A stretch of DNA of 34,577 nt, taken from Catajapyx aquilonaris. Lineage: Eukaryota. The stretch spans positions 1 through 34,577 of the forward strand of contig JYFJ02004135.1 of NCBI GenBank assembly GCA_000934665.2, given 5' to 3'. The notes beneath the pieces are model-generated. The model saw only the letters and a program-made list of their open reading frames with translations. It was not told where the DNA came from and did not search any database. Positions 31,916 to 34,577 of the stretch are shown here, piece after piece. The position numbers were made by a program, and so were the translations under genes. Every line of letters begins with the position of its first letter. Positions within the stretch are counted from its first letter, which is position 1.

Positions 31916-32625
31916 CAGGGTCATCGAAAAATAATGTCCCAATTTTAAAACCCTATAACTCGGAAACATGTCGACATATCTGAATGATTCATGTTTTGAA
32001 ATGTTAAGAAAGGTCAAAAGTTATTGTTTCACTTTAGTTTGTTTCGATATGAACCTCATGTGTCGCTTGGCAGATTAAAAAGTCAGTAATCTGTGTTGTG
32101 CCAAACCCTATCAATCATACCTGGAGTTAGCATTGCAATCCTATCCCGTAGGTGCTGGATATCTTGGGTCTTTACACCACACACATTGTTCTCGATGATT
32201 CACATAAAAAGTCACCTCATTCATGAAACAAACCAGCAGTAGGAAAGTTTCATTTGTTCAGCCTCCCAATATGAGAAGTCTTTAATGAGAAGTTTTGCCA
32301 TGCCTAGCCCCTCCAGAAAACCAGATCTTACCCCGGTGGACTTTTTTGTGGAGACACCTGTATGGTGAAAAGATCCGGCATCACCAGCACCTATGGGATA
32401 AGATTGCAATGGTAACGCCAGACATGCCTGAGAGGGTTTGGCACGACACCGATTACCGTATTTTAATTTTTCGAGCAACATATGGAGCTCATATCGAAAC
32501 AAATTATGGTAAGGCCAAAACTTGAGACACTTCTGAGCATTTCAAAACTTAAACGATTAAGATATGTCCACAAGTTTTCGAGTTATAGAGTTTTCAAATT
32601 GGGACATTCTTTTTCGATGACCCTG
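31916..32625. mobile_element. Tc1/mariner-superfamily (rosa/DD41D-like) fold-back derivative made of two inverted 3' ends
   Basis: TA TSD; TIR CAGGGTCATCGAAAAA..AATGTCCCAATTT; inverted similarity extends about 270 bp; remnants PSRKPDLTPVDF/LWRHL and PDMPERVWHDTDYR...RATYGAHIE. Confidence 0.85.
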
Positions 32626-33020
32626 TATAAGCCTATATCACCTATATTCAGGAGGAAAAATTAGTACAAATATTAATCATTACAGACTTACAGTTGCATG
32701 ACTCCAGGATTCATTGAGAAATCTTTTTAGTGTAAAACTGATTGAGATTTCTGTTTTTTTGCTATACAAATCTACAATGTTCTGCAGTAACTAAGACTAT
32801 GACAATTATGTGCCTTACATAGAGTGCCATTGTGAGCAAAAAGAGGGAGATGACTGGTAACTTATATATCGAGAGCTTCCTGGGATGGCAGAAGTTGGAC
32901 CCTATACCCTTACCCAAAGTAACACCTGAAAACCTTGTGTCTTTAGTTACTTATGCTCCTGCATGCAAGAAAAAATCAAGCCTGCTACCAACTGGCTACC
33001 AACTTTTGCTCATGATGGTC

Positions 33021-33210
33021 CAGTGCTGAACATTAATGGTAGAGTACTGACAGCAACATGAGCCGCAGCGGCGAACGAGCACATTGAACCAAAGAATAAG
33101 GTGACATCACCCAGGGTAATCCAATCTTATTCTTCAGTTCGATACGCTCGTTCACCGCTGCGGCTCATGTCCCTGTCAGTACGGTACTCTACCATTAATG
33201 CCCAGCACTG
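33021..33210. mobile_element. Palindromic MITE (related termini to CAGTGTTG family)
   Basis: About 80-bp arms CAGTGCTG(AA/GG)CATTAATGGTAGAGTAC...GAATAAG; TA after right end. Confidence 0.85.
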
Positions 33211-34577
33211 TACTACATGTGTTACTTTTAAATGGGAAGTTTTGCAGTTAAAGAATTAAAACATGATAGGAAGGATCCTGAGGAGCCCTAGATAACAACA
33301 CACTGCAGTACTCAATACAAAGCCAAGAATTATTCAATGCTCTTTATGTACCATCAATTTGTGTAACTGTGAACATAATTACATCATAAAAAATGTTGTA
33401 GTTGTCATTTTTGCAGGGTAAATACCATAAATCATAATCAACGAGAGGTTTTCACTGATTTCATTTATTTTGGTGGGAACAGTGGGAAGGGACTGGTCAA
33501 GGAATAAATGCTGCAGATTCTGTGTAAATGTGGACTGACGAGATATCTGTGTGTAAGAAGCAGGACCCATGCCAGGGATGGCTATATCCATTACAAGTTG
33601 GCCAGAACAAACAATCTCCTCAGTAATTTGCAAATTGCATCAGTTCTCAAAAGGACCTTCCAGGTGCGCTGCAACCTGATCAAAAATTCACATGCTCTAC
33701 AACTGGAATTAATGGCAGATTACAATACTTATGAAGGAAGTCGTCAAAGTAGTCTTAAGATTTTAAAAATCCGCCCCATTAAAGTTGGACAAAATAATAA
33801 CATTTAAGGAACCTTGCTGCTCATGATCAGAAGTATAGTTTTTAAACCAAACCTATGACAGCTAGTTATGTGCAACATTGCCAACATATCTAGTCTTATT
33901 AATATTTTAATCACACCTACGTCAAATTTCATCTGTGTCCTTTGTAAGTAAAGCTGCTGATGTACTCTGTAGTATGCAAGTAATATACAATATTATAATG
34001 TGATTAAAAATAAAAAGATAAAATAATGTGACAGGAACACATCGGTCGGTGCTAATGAAAAGTACTCCCACAGAGTGAATGAAAAAAAGACAAATATGCT
34101 TCATTGGCTGCATGGGCAGTGGATAACATAACTTTTTGTTATCCATTGGACATTTTTTTTAGGTTGACGTTTAGGTTGACGTTGGTTAAGGTTGATGTTG
34201 GAGTGCCTACAAAATGTGCAAATGCTGCCTACGTCTCTTTAATACTGGAATGTATGGTAAGTGAGAGGCAAGAGACTCTGACTCCCCCATCGGGGCATAT
34301 TCTCACCAAATATATTGTCACTGTTGGGGATTGACGTGACCTTCCACAAGTATGCACAACATGTACACTTATTCACCTAAAGCAACTTTGTCTGGATAAA
34401 AACTATGCCAGATTTTTATGCTTGCTTCACTGGCCATAACTTTCCTTACTTGAATGGAATTGGACTCTGCATTTTTCAAATGAGGGGGTGAAAATCAAAA
34501 ACCGACAGCTCCGTCATAAACGTAACGGAGAAAAACGAGAAAAACCTACAGTTTCGCCGTATGTCAACGTAGACACC

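Noticed and set aside
33508..33807. 99-aa ORF downstream of the CHST gene
   Set aside because: No recognisable domain or consistent exon structure.

Overview
Eukaryotic genomic DNA, most likely an arthropod or other invertebrate (GT-AG introns of 59 bp to about 4.9 kb, AT-rich, very dense in DNA-transposon derivatives). It holds four protein-coding genes. (1) The 3' part of syntaxin-16 (+, 4 exons, 302-9169). (2) A complete PIP4P/TMEM55-family gene (+, 7 exons, 10623-20379, about 269 aa). (3) An intact 568-aa pogo/Passer-type (DD35D) transposase-derived gene (-, 21293-22999) that appears domesticated: no TIRs seen, predicted spliced non-coding 5' exons, poly(A) signals, and a multiplied DNA-binding region (2 Brinker-type plus 3 CENP-B-type HTH units). 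(4) A CHST11-like Golgi carbohydrate sulfotransferase (+, 3 coding exons, 29433-31784, about 370 aa). Introns carry a decayed full-length mariner, many MITEs (Tc1/mariner, Tigger-like, hAT, piggyBac-like, Harbinger-like, Sola-like) including nests up to four layers deep, two 3'-end fold-back transposon derivatives, three different tRNA-headed SINEs with a shared 3' tail design, and a double-hairpin scar that looks like a DNA-repair footprint. All calls are from reading the sequence by eye; no database search was run.
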